Shown here: one piece after another, positions 16,623-23,470 of the stretch | Layout: the number at the start of each line of letters is the position of its first letter | Position numbering within the stretch: position 1 is the first letter of the stretch | Source: a virus | Length of the DNA stretch: 35,670 nucleotides | Reading direction: 5' to 3' (one strand) | Virus record (IMG/VR): IMGVR_UViG_3300012348_000128 | Location: 1 to 35,670 of that record | Made by a program: the position numbers and the translations under genes | Notes under the pieces: model-generated | What the model was told of the DNA's origin: nothing | Databases searched by the model: none | Seen by the model: the letters and a program-made list of their open reading frames with translations, nothing else

Positions 16623-16790
16623 CTGCACCGCACTCACTCCACACCTTATCTAAGTGGGTGCGGTGCAGCTCTTTTCACTCTCACGCGCAGGTGCATCTGC
16701 ACCCACTCCCTTGGGGTAGTGGGATGCAGCGCACCCACCTGCACCCAGTCTGCACTCACTACTAGGTGCGCACTGGGTGCACTGGGTGCA
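16623..16790. promoter_or_regulatory. Cluster of TGCACCC/GGGTGCA repeats, a palindrome and a 15-bp inverted repeat upstream of the late operon
   Basis: Exact copies at 16698-16704, 16740-16746, 16775-16781 and 16784-16790, plus five one-mismatch copies. Palindrome GGTGCA-TC-TGCACC at 16690-16703. Inverted repeat 16623-16637 / 16654-16668. Confidence 0.5.
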
Positions 16791-16889
16791 AACAGCCTTT
16801 TTCTTGCCCCCAAAGATGCGATCCCAGCCGTCCTGAAAGCCTTGTCCAGGTCGTCGCCCTGAGCCCTTGCCGCCGTCTCCGTGTTCCAT
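16650..16889 (-). CDS. Candidate Cys-rich micro-protein, 79 aa, with a GWDRIFGGKKK motif
   Basis: The ATG lies 1 nt after the stop of the PP-loop gene. DGWDRIFGGKKK resembles a motif recurrent in small phage proteins. The C-terminal half is encoded by the repeat cluster (CTQCTQC), so coding status is uncertain. Confidence 0.3.
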   Translation of the reverse strand: MEHGDGGKGSGRRPGQGFQDGWDRIFGGKKKAVCTQCTQCAPSSECRLGAGGCAASHYPKGVGADAPARESEKSCTAPT

Positions 16890-16890
16890 A

Positions 16891-17727
16891 TCAATCTCCA
16901 CAAAAGCACGCAATGCCTTCTTCGGCTGCGTCAAACATGTCCCGCTGTTGGGCGGCGAACTTAGCCATCTCCGCATAGTTCGGGCGATCCTTCCTGAATC
17001 GGCCTGAGTCGTTGATTGCTTTGTTTATGTGCGTGGACTCCATGCGCGCCCACCAAACGGCTCGCTCGGGCTTCTCTGCGATCAGGCTAATGACTTGGTA
17101 CGTTGGCTTGAGGTAGCAAAGGTCGCAGTTGCCGTGCATGGTCACGCCATTGTTGTTGGACAGCCCTAAATCAAAGTCTTGAGCGCGCCAAAACGCAGCT
17201 ACGTCGTGTTTGGTCACTCCGGCCGTCACCAACGGCAAACGCCCTTTGTCTGGGATCTTGGCCGCCCTGCGCTGCTCATCGGCGCGGATGCCGACCATTG
17301 CAGCTGTCTCCCCCTCTGTCTTAGAGTCTGTGATGCCAATGTCGAACAAGTATTTGGCCATTGGCCTGATCTTTAGCTCAACAGTGCAAAACCGCATGAC
17401 CGGCGACGGCAGATACTGCTTTTTGGCCAGCAGGGCTTCAAACGGTTCACCCTGCCTGCTGGCTGTCTCAAACGTGACCACGCGGTAGCCTGGGGCCTCC
17501 TGTTGGTATTCCAACCATGTGATGTGAACACCCCAACGCTCCGAGCAGTCCTGAACGAACCGCAGGGTCGCCTCGTCCTCTTTGCCTGTGTTGGCAAAGC
17601 ACACGACCGCGTCGGCTGGCAGGCTCATCCCGTGAGCCTGAAGAACCCGCCACAGCATGTAGGCGCTGGTGCGGCCACCGCTGAAGCTGATGCAGGTCGG
17701 GCCGGTGATCTTGAACGGGTCGCTCAT
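16891..17727 (-). CDS. PAPS-reductase-family PP-loop ATP pyrophosphatase-like protein, 278 aa
   Basis: PP-loop SFSGGRTS, then FANTGKE, RFCTVELKIRP and GIRADEQRR. C-terminal cysteines occur as GNCDLCYLK and IACFCGD. Confidence 0.85.
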   Translation of the reverse strand: MSDPFKITGPTCISFSGGRTSAYMLWRVLQAHGMSLPADAVVCFANTGKEDEATLRFVQDCSERWGVHITWLEYQQEAPGYRVVTFETASRQGEPFEALLAKKQYLPSPVMRFCTVELKIRPMAKYLFDIGITDSKTEGETAAMVGIRADEQRRAAKIPDKGRLPLVTAGVTKHDVAAFWRAQDFDLGLSNNNGVTMHGNCDLCYLKPTYQVISLIAEKPERAVWWARMESTHINKAINDSGRFRKDRPNYAEMAKFAAQQRDMFDAAEEGIACFCGD

Positions 17728-17930
17728 GCCTTACCCCCGTTCTTGATCCAGACGGCAAAGCTGGCCGCGGTATCCCCAAACGGCAGCTTTGCGCACTCGC
17801 GGGCGAGGCGATCGCGCTCGGCCTGGATGGCTCGCTGCCAGGTGCGCAGGAACACGTCCAGCTCCTCTTTGGTGGGCTCGCCCAGCATCTGGGTGACCTC
17901 AAGCCATGCGGCCTTCATGTCTTCGTTCAT
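17724..17930 (-). CDS. Hypothetical protein, 68 aa
   Basis: Internal ATG (MNEDMKAAW), coupled by ATGA at both ends. Confidence 0.55.
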   Translation of the reverse strand: MNEDMKAAWLEVTQMLGEPTKEELDVFLRTWQRAIQAERDRLARECAKLPFGDTAASFAVWIKNGGKA

Positions 17931-18157
17931 GCCTTGACCTCCAGCGCCGCTTGCAGCCCAGCCAGGCCGCCCACGTACTGCCCATTGATGAAGATGGCTG
18001 GCATCTGCCTGATCTGCGGGTAAAGCATGCGCAGCGCCTCGAGCGTGCCTTCCTTCTCCGCGTCGGCAGTGCCATACCTGATGCCCTTGGCGTCCAGCAG
18101 CTTCTTGGCTGTGTCGCAGTTGGGGCATGCGCGCTTGGTGTAGATGGTGATGTTCAT
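17927..18157 (-). CDS. Glutaredoxin / NrdH-like redoxin, 76 aa
   Basis: MNITIYTKRACPNCDTAKKLL...MPAIFINGQYVGG shows a CxxC active site and a thioredoxin-fold pattern. AGGAGAAG RBS. Confidence 0.8.
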   Translation of the reverse strand: MNITIYTKRACPNCDTAKKLLDAKGIRYGTADAEKEGTLEALRMLYPQIRQMPAIFINGQYVGGLAGLQAALEVKA

Positions 18158-18798
18158 GTGTTCTTCTCCTTGAGTTTGGTCAGCCCAACCCATGTGCGCT
18201 GTGATGGGACATAGCAAGCGTTTTCAGGTGATTCTGTTGGCGGAAGATATGCAAGTTCTGGTTTTCCCATGTCAGGGTAAAACTGCTCCCACGCCACAGG
18301 CTCCTGCTGTGCTGGCTCCGGAACGGGTGCTGGCTTACACCACGTTGGGTAATGCTCGTAAGGTATGGACTGACCTCGCCAAAACCTTTGCAACACAGCC
18401 AACTCAGTTGGACACCCATCATCTTCTTGGCAGATGCTGTCGCCTTGCTCCTGCTGTGCTGGCTTCTCTCTCACAGACTCCAGAGCCTTGAACCAACCAA
18501 AAGCATATGCAGTCTTCTCGGCTTCGGTCTTGCACTCGGGAGGTGGTGCTGGCTGGTCAGGACTGTCGTAAAGCTCAATCACTTGCTTGAGATTGGACTT
18601 CACTCGCTTATTCATCATGTGAGTCAACAAGGGGCTGTATCGCCCGTTTGAATGAACGATATGTTCAGGCTCCTGCTCTGGCTCTGCCAGTGCAACAATC
18701 CGGCGAGCTAACTCTCTACGGCTTCGTTTGCCGCCGCCTTCGTCCCATTGGATGATGGTTTCGTAAACAGTTTCCAGCTTCATTGCTTCTTTGCTCAT
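18154..18798 (-). CDS. Hypothetical Pro/Glu/Gln-rich protein, 214 aa
   Basis: Trimmed to the ATG (MSKEAMK) that overlaps the upstream stop as ATGA. PAQQE repeats. Visibly lower GC than the neighbouring genes. Confidence 0.6.
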   Translation of the reverse strand: MSKEAMKLETVYETIIQWDEGGGKRSRRELARRIVALAEPEQEPEHIVHSNGRYSPLLTHMMNKRVKSNLKQVIELYDSPDQPAPPPECKTEAEKTAYAFGWFKALESVREKPAQQEQGDSICQEDDGCPTELAVLQRFWRGQSIPYEHYPTWCKPAPVPEPAQQEPVAWEQFYPDMGKPELAYLPPTESPENACYVPSQRTWVGLTKLKEKNT

Positions 18799-19118
18799 AC
18801 TCCCTTTCCTTTCTTGGCGCAGGGCCATGCGGCACTCAGTGTGTAGGTGATAAACGTTTCCGCAGGTAGATGACGGGCAGATGCTCCGCTGTACAAGTTC
18901 TTGGCCACCATGTCTTTCACCTGTCCCGCAGTTATGTTTGGTGGCGGGCAATGCTCAATCGTCAGCGTCGCGTCATACACGCCCATGATGAAACCCATTC
19001 CAAGGGTTCGATCAATCGCGCTGTCTGAGTTCAGGCGTGTGAGCAAGTCATTGCCCGTTAGGAACTGGGCCTGTGCGCCACTGCATAACAGTGCGCCAAT
19101 TAAAATTAGTTTTTTCAT
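18795..19118 (-). CDS. Secreted Rap1a/Tai-family immunity-like protein, 107 aa
   Basis: Signal peptide MKKLILIGALLCSGAQA. The pattern GFIMGVYD...HCPPPNITAGQVKDMVAKNL...RHLPA...AAWPC matches the Rap1a family pattern. AGGAGA RBS. Confidence 0.65.
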   Translation of the reverse strand: MKKLILIGALLCSGAQAQFLTGNDLLTRLNSDSAIDRTLGMGFIMGVYDATLTIEHCPPPNITAGQVKDMVAKNLYSGASARHLPAETFITYTLSAAWPCAKKGKGV

Positions 19119-19300
19119 GTCTTTCTCCTTGTTGCTCTTGTCGTCCAGCACACGGCGCAGATCCAGCGCGTGGGGCTCATCTCGATGCCACCCTCTGGTG
19201 GCTTGTCCTTGTTGCACTTGCCGCACAACTTGAACGCCCCGGCGGAGCGCCCGTGTGCGACTGTGTTGGGTAGGATGATTTGGTTCTTCACAAAGCTCAT
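19115..19300 (-). CDS. Zinc-ribbon protein, 61 aa
   Basis: CGKC...CAVC pairs. ATGA coupling at both ends. Confidence 0.6.
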   Translation of the reverse strand: MSFVKNQIILPNTVAHGRSAGAFKLCGKCNKDKPPEGGIEMSPTRWICAVCWTTRATRRKT

Positions 19301-21444
19301 TCGTCGTCTTCCTCTCGTTGTGCCCATGTGGGCGCGGCGCCACTGCCCAGCGCCACGCGTGTGCGGCCGGCGTCGGTCAGCACCACGCGTTGCCCGGTGC
19401 TGCGGTTGGCTTTCTTGTAGGCCTCAAGCCCGACCAGGTGCTCGCGCTCCATGTCACGCAGCAGGCCAAAGAACTCTTGGCGCTTGATGCCGTTGGGGAA
19501 CTCGTCGTCCTGCGCCAGCACGTTGTAGATGTTGGTGGTGGGGGCGTTGGCCTTCATGGACAGGTTGGTGCCCAGCTCGGCGTAGCGCCCGATCAGTTTG
19601 AGAATCACAGCGCGTTGGGTATTTCGCACCAGCGTGGCCGCGGCTTTGAGGCCTGGCGAGGTACCAAAGCGCCTGAACACCTTGGCGCCCGGGTCGAACT
19701 CGAGGCGCAGCTCCTCCTGCAAGGGGCCCAGGTTGCACTTCTCATGGCGCAGCACGACGTTCTCGGCGTCGCGCACCATGGCCCAGCGCGACCGGGCCGA
19801 GTTGTTCCAGGCTGTGGAGCCCGAGAAGGTGGTGTTGGAGTCCAGCCCTGCCCCACCGCGAACGCTGGCCTTGTCAACGTGCGCCAGCAGCAGCACGGCC
19901 GCCCGGGTGACGTTGGCGATCAGGTTCAGAGCCCGCATGAAGCCGCGGACTTCCGTCCTGTCGTTCTCGTTGGCCGCGAACACGTCGGACGCGTTGTCGA
20001 TGATCAGGACGTTGGCCTTGGTGGCCACGGTGACGTCGGCCAGCCACTGCATGCGCTCGGTGGTGCCGCCTTCTTTCCACAGGACGCAGTCGGCCTGGGT
20101 CAGGTCATAAACGACCAGGCGATCGGCCAGTGTCGACATTTCGACACCCATGTCCGCGCAGATGTTGGCGACGCGGAAGTGCACGGTGCGGGCCTCGTCC
20201 TCGCCCGACAGGATCAGCACCTTGGAGGGCTTGGCCTCGATGTCGAACAGGCTTCGGCCGTGGGCCAGTGCCACGCCCAGCTGCAGTGACAGGTTGGACT
20301 TGCCCACGCCGCCGTTGGCGCTCAGCAGCGTGACGGTGCCCTCGGGCAGCCAGCCGTCCAGGCGCCAGTTGGTGGGCTCGGGTTGCTTGTGCTGGAGCTG
20401 GCCCCAGTCCATGGGCACCAGGTCACCGGCCGGCAGCTCACGCTCTTGGCTTTCTGTAGAAAGGTTTTGGTCGTTTTCTTTTACCGACAGGTTGACGGTG
20501 ATGCTGGGCGGCTGGCGCTCCTCTGGGGCAAACTTCTCGGCCGACTTCACTGCCCGCGGGATCTCCTGGCGGCGTGACTCCCAGCGGCGCATTTCCTCGG
20601 GGTCGCCCGGCTTGACCTGATCCATCAGGCTGTACAGGAAGTCCACGGCCGCGCCGGGGAACATGCCGCCCGAGATCAGGGACGCGGCCAGGCGGGTGAT
20701 GCTTTCGTGATAGACGCGTGTGCCGGGGTTTGGATCGGTCAGGCCCGCGATCATTTCGCCGGCACGATTTGTTGCGCCTGTTGTTGAAGACGGGGCACTC
20801 GGCATTTGCGCGGCAATGCGCAGACTGTCTAGGTCAATTCCGATGGCCGCGCAGGCGTCGTCCAGGCTCCAGCGGATGTTGGGGTGCCAGTGCTCGAGCC
20901 TGACCTGCCACTCACCAGCGGCCCGCGGCTTAGTGTTCATGCCGTTGGGCAGGCGCACGTAGCGCACGCAGGCGTTGCCCGATGCGTCATTGCTTCGGCC
21001 GCGGGCAGCCAAAGCCGACATAAGCCGGTCAATCAATTGCCTATTTCGGGTATCCGCATCATCCCCATCGAGAAAAATACCTACTTGGAACTTCCCTGGG
21101 CTGGTTTGCAGGGCGTAAGAAAAGCCCTGGACATCAGACAGCTGGACGTCGTCTAAGACAAGCACCGCAAGTCGAACGAACGCCGACTTGTTTCGAGCGA
21201 TTTCTCCGTCTGACGTGGCCGTCAGAACGGAAGTGCAAAAGTAGGTGTTGTCTTGGACAGAACGATCAATCAGGGCTGCTTGGTTTGGCAGGCCCTTGTA
21301 GGCGCGGCCAGACCAGACGGTCGGGGGCGCGTTGTTGGGGTCAGCTCTAAACGAGCACACCCAGCCGTGGGTGCCTGCGTCAAGATCCCCGTAAATCTCG
21401 GCGAGAAAATCGCTGTTGGTCATCGTGTTTGCTCCGACGACCAT
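19297..21444 (-). CDS. RepB'-type primase fused to an AAA_25/RepA-like (RecA-fold) helicase
   Basis: N-terminal LVLDDVQ and QTSPGKFQV primase motifs. Walker A ANGGVGKS and Walker B VLIIDN. The start is ambiguous between GTG 21450, ATG 21444 and ATG 21423. Confidence 0.85.
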   Translation of the reverse strand: MVVGANTMTNSDFLAEIYGDLDAGTHGWVCSFRADPNNAPPTVWSGRAYKGLPNQAALIDRSVQDNTYFCTSVLTATSDGEIARNKSAFVRLAVLVLDDVQLSDVQGFSYALQTSPGKFQVGIFLDGDDADTRNRQLIDRLMSALAARGRSNDASGNACVRYVRLPNGMNTKPRAAGEWQVRLEHWHPNIRWSLDDACAAIGIDLDSLRIAAQMPSAPSSTTGATNRAGEMIAGLTDPNPGTRVYHESITRLAASLISGGMFPGAAVDFLYSLMDQVKPGDPEEMRRWESRRQEIPRAVKSAEKFAPEERQPPSITVNLSVKENDQNLSTESQERELPAGDLVPMDWGQLQHKQPEPTNWRLDGWLPEGTVTLLSANGGVGKSNLSLQLGVALAHGRSLFDIEAKPSKVLILSGEDEARTVHFRVANICADMGVEMSTLADRLVVYDLTQADCVLWKEGGTTERMQWLADVTVATKANVLIIDNASDVFAANENDRTEVRGFMRALNLIANVTRAAVLLLAHVDKASVRGGAGLDSNTTFSGSTAWNNSARSRWAMVRDAENVVLRHEKCNLGPLQEELRLEFDPGAKVFRRFGTSPGLKAAATLVRNTQRAVILKLIGRYAELGTNLSMKANAPTTNIYNVLAQDDEFPNGIKRQEFFGLLRDMEREHLVGLEAYKKANRSTGQRVVLTDAGRTRVALGSGAAPTWAQREEDDE

Positions 21445-21446
21445 GC

Positions 21447-21689
21447 TCACACCTCAACGGCGGCAAGCTCCTTGAGAGTGATGCGCACGCGCTTGTTGCG
21501 TGACATCTCGATCAGCTGCGGCCAGTACCGCTGGGGAATGATCCCGCCCGTGCCTGCGGGCTTGGGCTGGCACCAGCGCGAGAGCGTGGACTTGTCGAGG
21601 CTCAATGCCTCACAGACTTCGCTCTTGCCCCCGAGTTTTTCAATCACCGTGTAGGCGGGGTCGAGAGTATGGATAACTGGAATCGTCAT
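21447..21689 (-). CDS. Cro-like HTH regulator, 80 aa
   Basis: Trimmed to the ATG after an AGGAA RBS. The HTH-like segment is EVCEALSLDKSTLSRW. It is divergent from the CI-like gene. Confidence 0.65.
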   Translation of the reverse strand: MTIPVIHTLDPAYTVIEKLGGKSEVCEALSLDKSTLSRWCQPKPAGTGGIIPQRYWPQLIEMSRNKRVRITLKELAAVEV

Positions 21690-21767
21690 GCTGAATTTCC
21701 TCATGTGTTGCGTTTGACTCATCAGGGAGTGTATGGCAATGTGGAAACCTCACCAAAAGAGGCCCCC
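21690..21767. promoter_or_regulatory. Divergent immunity promoter/operator region
   Basis: 78-bp spacer between the divergent Cro-like and CI-like genes. TTGACT-N17-CAATGT is a possible rightward promoter. I could not resolve any operators. Confidence 0.4.
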
Positions 21768-22349
21768 ATGAATACCGAGTGGTTTCGTCAACTATTAGCC
21801 ACCCGTAAGTTGTCGCAGCGCGGTTTGGCAAAGCTGCTCGAGCTCGATCCCGCGGCGGTGTCGCTGATGTTAAGGGGTCAACGAAAGATGACGAACGAGG
21901 AGGCCCACCAGGTAAGCATCATCCTTGGCGTGCCGATCACCGAGGTGCTGCGCCAGGCGGGCATCGAGGTGACTGACGATGTCAGGCGCGTCAAAGTGGC
22001 TGGTTATGTTGACGCCCAGTCAGAGGTGACGCTGTTCCCCAAGCGCACGCACGACCGCGTTGTTGGGCCGGCAGACTGCCCCGACGGCACCTATGCCTTG
22101 CAGGTGCGCAACGCAAAGTCGCCACAGGATGGCTGGATGCTGTTCATTTCTCCCTCTGAGGATGACCCACGCGCACACCTTGGCCAGCTGTGCTGCGTGG
22201 CCTTGTCTACCGGCGAGCACATGATCTCGTTTGTGCAGCGGGGCTACCGCACTGGCACCTTCAACTTGGTGCGACAAAACGGCGATGTGCTGCGCACCGA
22301 CGCAAACGTCACATGGTGTGCGCGCATACTCTGGATCAAGCCCACCTGA
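21768..22349 (+). CDS. CI-like repressor (XRE HTH plus C-terminal domain), 193 aa
   Basis: N-terminal LSQRGLAKLLELDPAAVSLMLRGQRKMT is an HTH. The C-terminal beta-rich domain is LexA/S24-like in size, but the catalytic residues are not evident. AAGAGG RBS. Confidence 0.75.
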   Translation: MNTEWFRQLLATRKLSQRGLAKLLELDPAAVSLMLRGQRKMTNEEAHQVSIILGVPITEVLRQAGIEVTDDVRRVKVAGYVDAQSEVTLFPKRTHDRVVGPADCPDGTYALQVRNAKSPQDGWMLFISPSEDDPRAHLGQLCCVALSTGEHMISFVQRGYRTGTFNLVRQNGDVLRTDANVTWCARILWIKPT

Positions 22350-22390
22350 TGAGCCTGGGTTAATAACCCTTCGCTTTTGTCGGGATAGTA

Positions 22391-22419
22391 TTGCGGCTTT
22401 CTCATCGTTGTGGCGTAAT
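22391..22419 (+). promoter_or_regulatory. Possible early (PL-like) promoter
   Basis: TTGCGG-N17-CGTAAT upstream of the 22462 gene. Weak match. Confidence 0.25.
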
Positions 22420-22461
22420 CACTTCACAGCAACAACGCTGTGCAAACAAGGAACCCAAACG

Positions 22462-22842
22462 ATGAACACAATTTACACCGCATACGCAGCTTCTGATCTT
22501 TTCAACGCAGGCTACAGCTGCGATGGTCATCCATTTATCGCTGAGTGCTTTTATGTTTTGATCGAGAACGCAGCTGGCCGCCGCTTCCGTCACGTGGCCA
22601 CATTTCCCGGCACTGAGCAAGTTATTTGCGAGGAGTCTGGCGACGCCTGCTTCCCTGATCTGCGTGAAGAAGCATCCGCTAAGGCCGAGCGTTTGGCCGC
22701 CCGTGTCAACGCAGCCTTTGCATCTGGTAAAGATGTTGATTGGACATATTGGGGCGAGGTTGATCCTGCTTATGGGTCTGATGAGTACGTCAATCAAGGC
22801 ACAGAGGCTAAGCGCCTTTTTGCCGAGAAGGCCGCCGCTTAA
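22462..22842 (+). CDS. Hypothetical protein, 126 aa, first gene after the repressor
   Basis: Internal ATG with an AAGGAA RBS (MNTIYTAYAAS...). Confidence 0.6.
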   Translation: MNTIYTAYAASDLFNAGYSCDGHPFIAECFYVLIENAAGRRFRHVATFPGTEQVICEESGDACFPDLREEASAKAERLAARVNAAFASGKDVDWTYWGEVDPAYGSDEYVNQGTEAKRLFAEKAAA

Positions 22843-22883
22843 ATCAACTGGGGCTTCGGCCCCTCTAACTGGAACCCTAAACC

Positions 22884-23060
22884 ATGAAACCCTCACATCT
22901 GCAAACCCCCCGCACTCTGAACGAGTGCCATTTCACTCCCGGCTACACCAGCCAAAGCTCACACCGCGAGCCCTTGTGGGAGCGCGTTGCTGGCTATGCG
23001 CTGGCTCTGACGATCGGCATTGGCCTGGCCACCCTCTTGTTTTACGGCTGGAGCAACTGA
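22884..23060 (+). CDS. Small C-terminally membrane-anchored protein, 58 aa (below the ORF-track cutoff)
   Basis: My own translation is MKPSHLQTPRTLNECHFTPGYTSQSSHREPLWERVAGYALALTIGIGLATLLFYGWSN. Its TGA overlaps the next ATG (TGATG). Confidence 0.45.
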   Translation: MKPSHLQTPRTLNECHFTPGYTSQSSHREPLWERVAGYALALTIGIGLATLLFYGWSN

Positions 23061-23239
23061 TGACTTTAGAAGAATACAAACAGGGCCTGGAGAATTTTGA
23101 TTGGTACTACAGCTATTCCGACGATTTCGGCGTGTGGTCAAAAGCGAAAGCCCGATTGGACGAGCTGACGGCCGCACAGAAGACGCACGACGCAGATCGC
23201 AAGATCTGGAACGAGGTCACGGAGCGCAAGCTGAAATGA
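23060..23239 (+). CDS. Hypothetical protein, 59 aa
   Basis: MTLEEYKQGLENFDWYYSYSDDFGVW..., coupled at both ends. Confidence 0.55.
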   Translation: MTLEEYKQGLENFDWYYSYSDDFGVWSKAKARLDELTAAQKTHDADRKIWNEVTERKLK

Positions 23240-23421
23240 AATGCCCACGCTGCGGCGCGTGGACTGAAGTTCTGGAGACACGCAAAACAGCCGAGAACAT
23301 CACACGCCGGCGCTATGAATGCGCCAACGAGCACAGGTTCACGACGATCGAGCTTTTGAAGCCCGGTTCGATTCCAACGCGCTTTGAGCGCGATCGCGCA
23401 AATAAGTCCACAGAAGACTGA
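23236..23421 (+). CDS. Zinc-ribbon protein resembling the NrdR N-terminus / Ogr-Delta family, 61 aa
   Basis: MKCPRCGAWTEVLETRKTAENITRRRYECANEHRFTTIE aligns by eye with the NrdR pattern MxCPxC...V.DSR...RRRR.C..C..RFTT.E. The fourth ligand is His. There is no ATP-cone. Confidence 0.65.
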   Translation: MKCPRCGAWTEVLETRKTAENITRRRYECANEHRFTTIELLKPGSIPTRFERDRANKSTED

Positions 23422-23470
23422 TGCGATATTCACAATTCCACGACAGACCCACCACCTAAGGAAAATAAAA

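Noticed and set aside
16646-16909. An 87-aa minus-strand ORF in the other frame across the repeat cluster.
   Set aside because: It starts inside the 3' end of the PP-loop gene with no RBS and has no motif. The neighbouring frame at least has a coupled ATG and the WDRIFG motif, and even that frame is kept only at low confidence.
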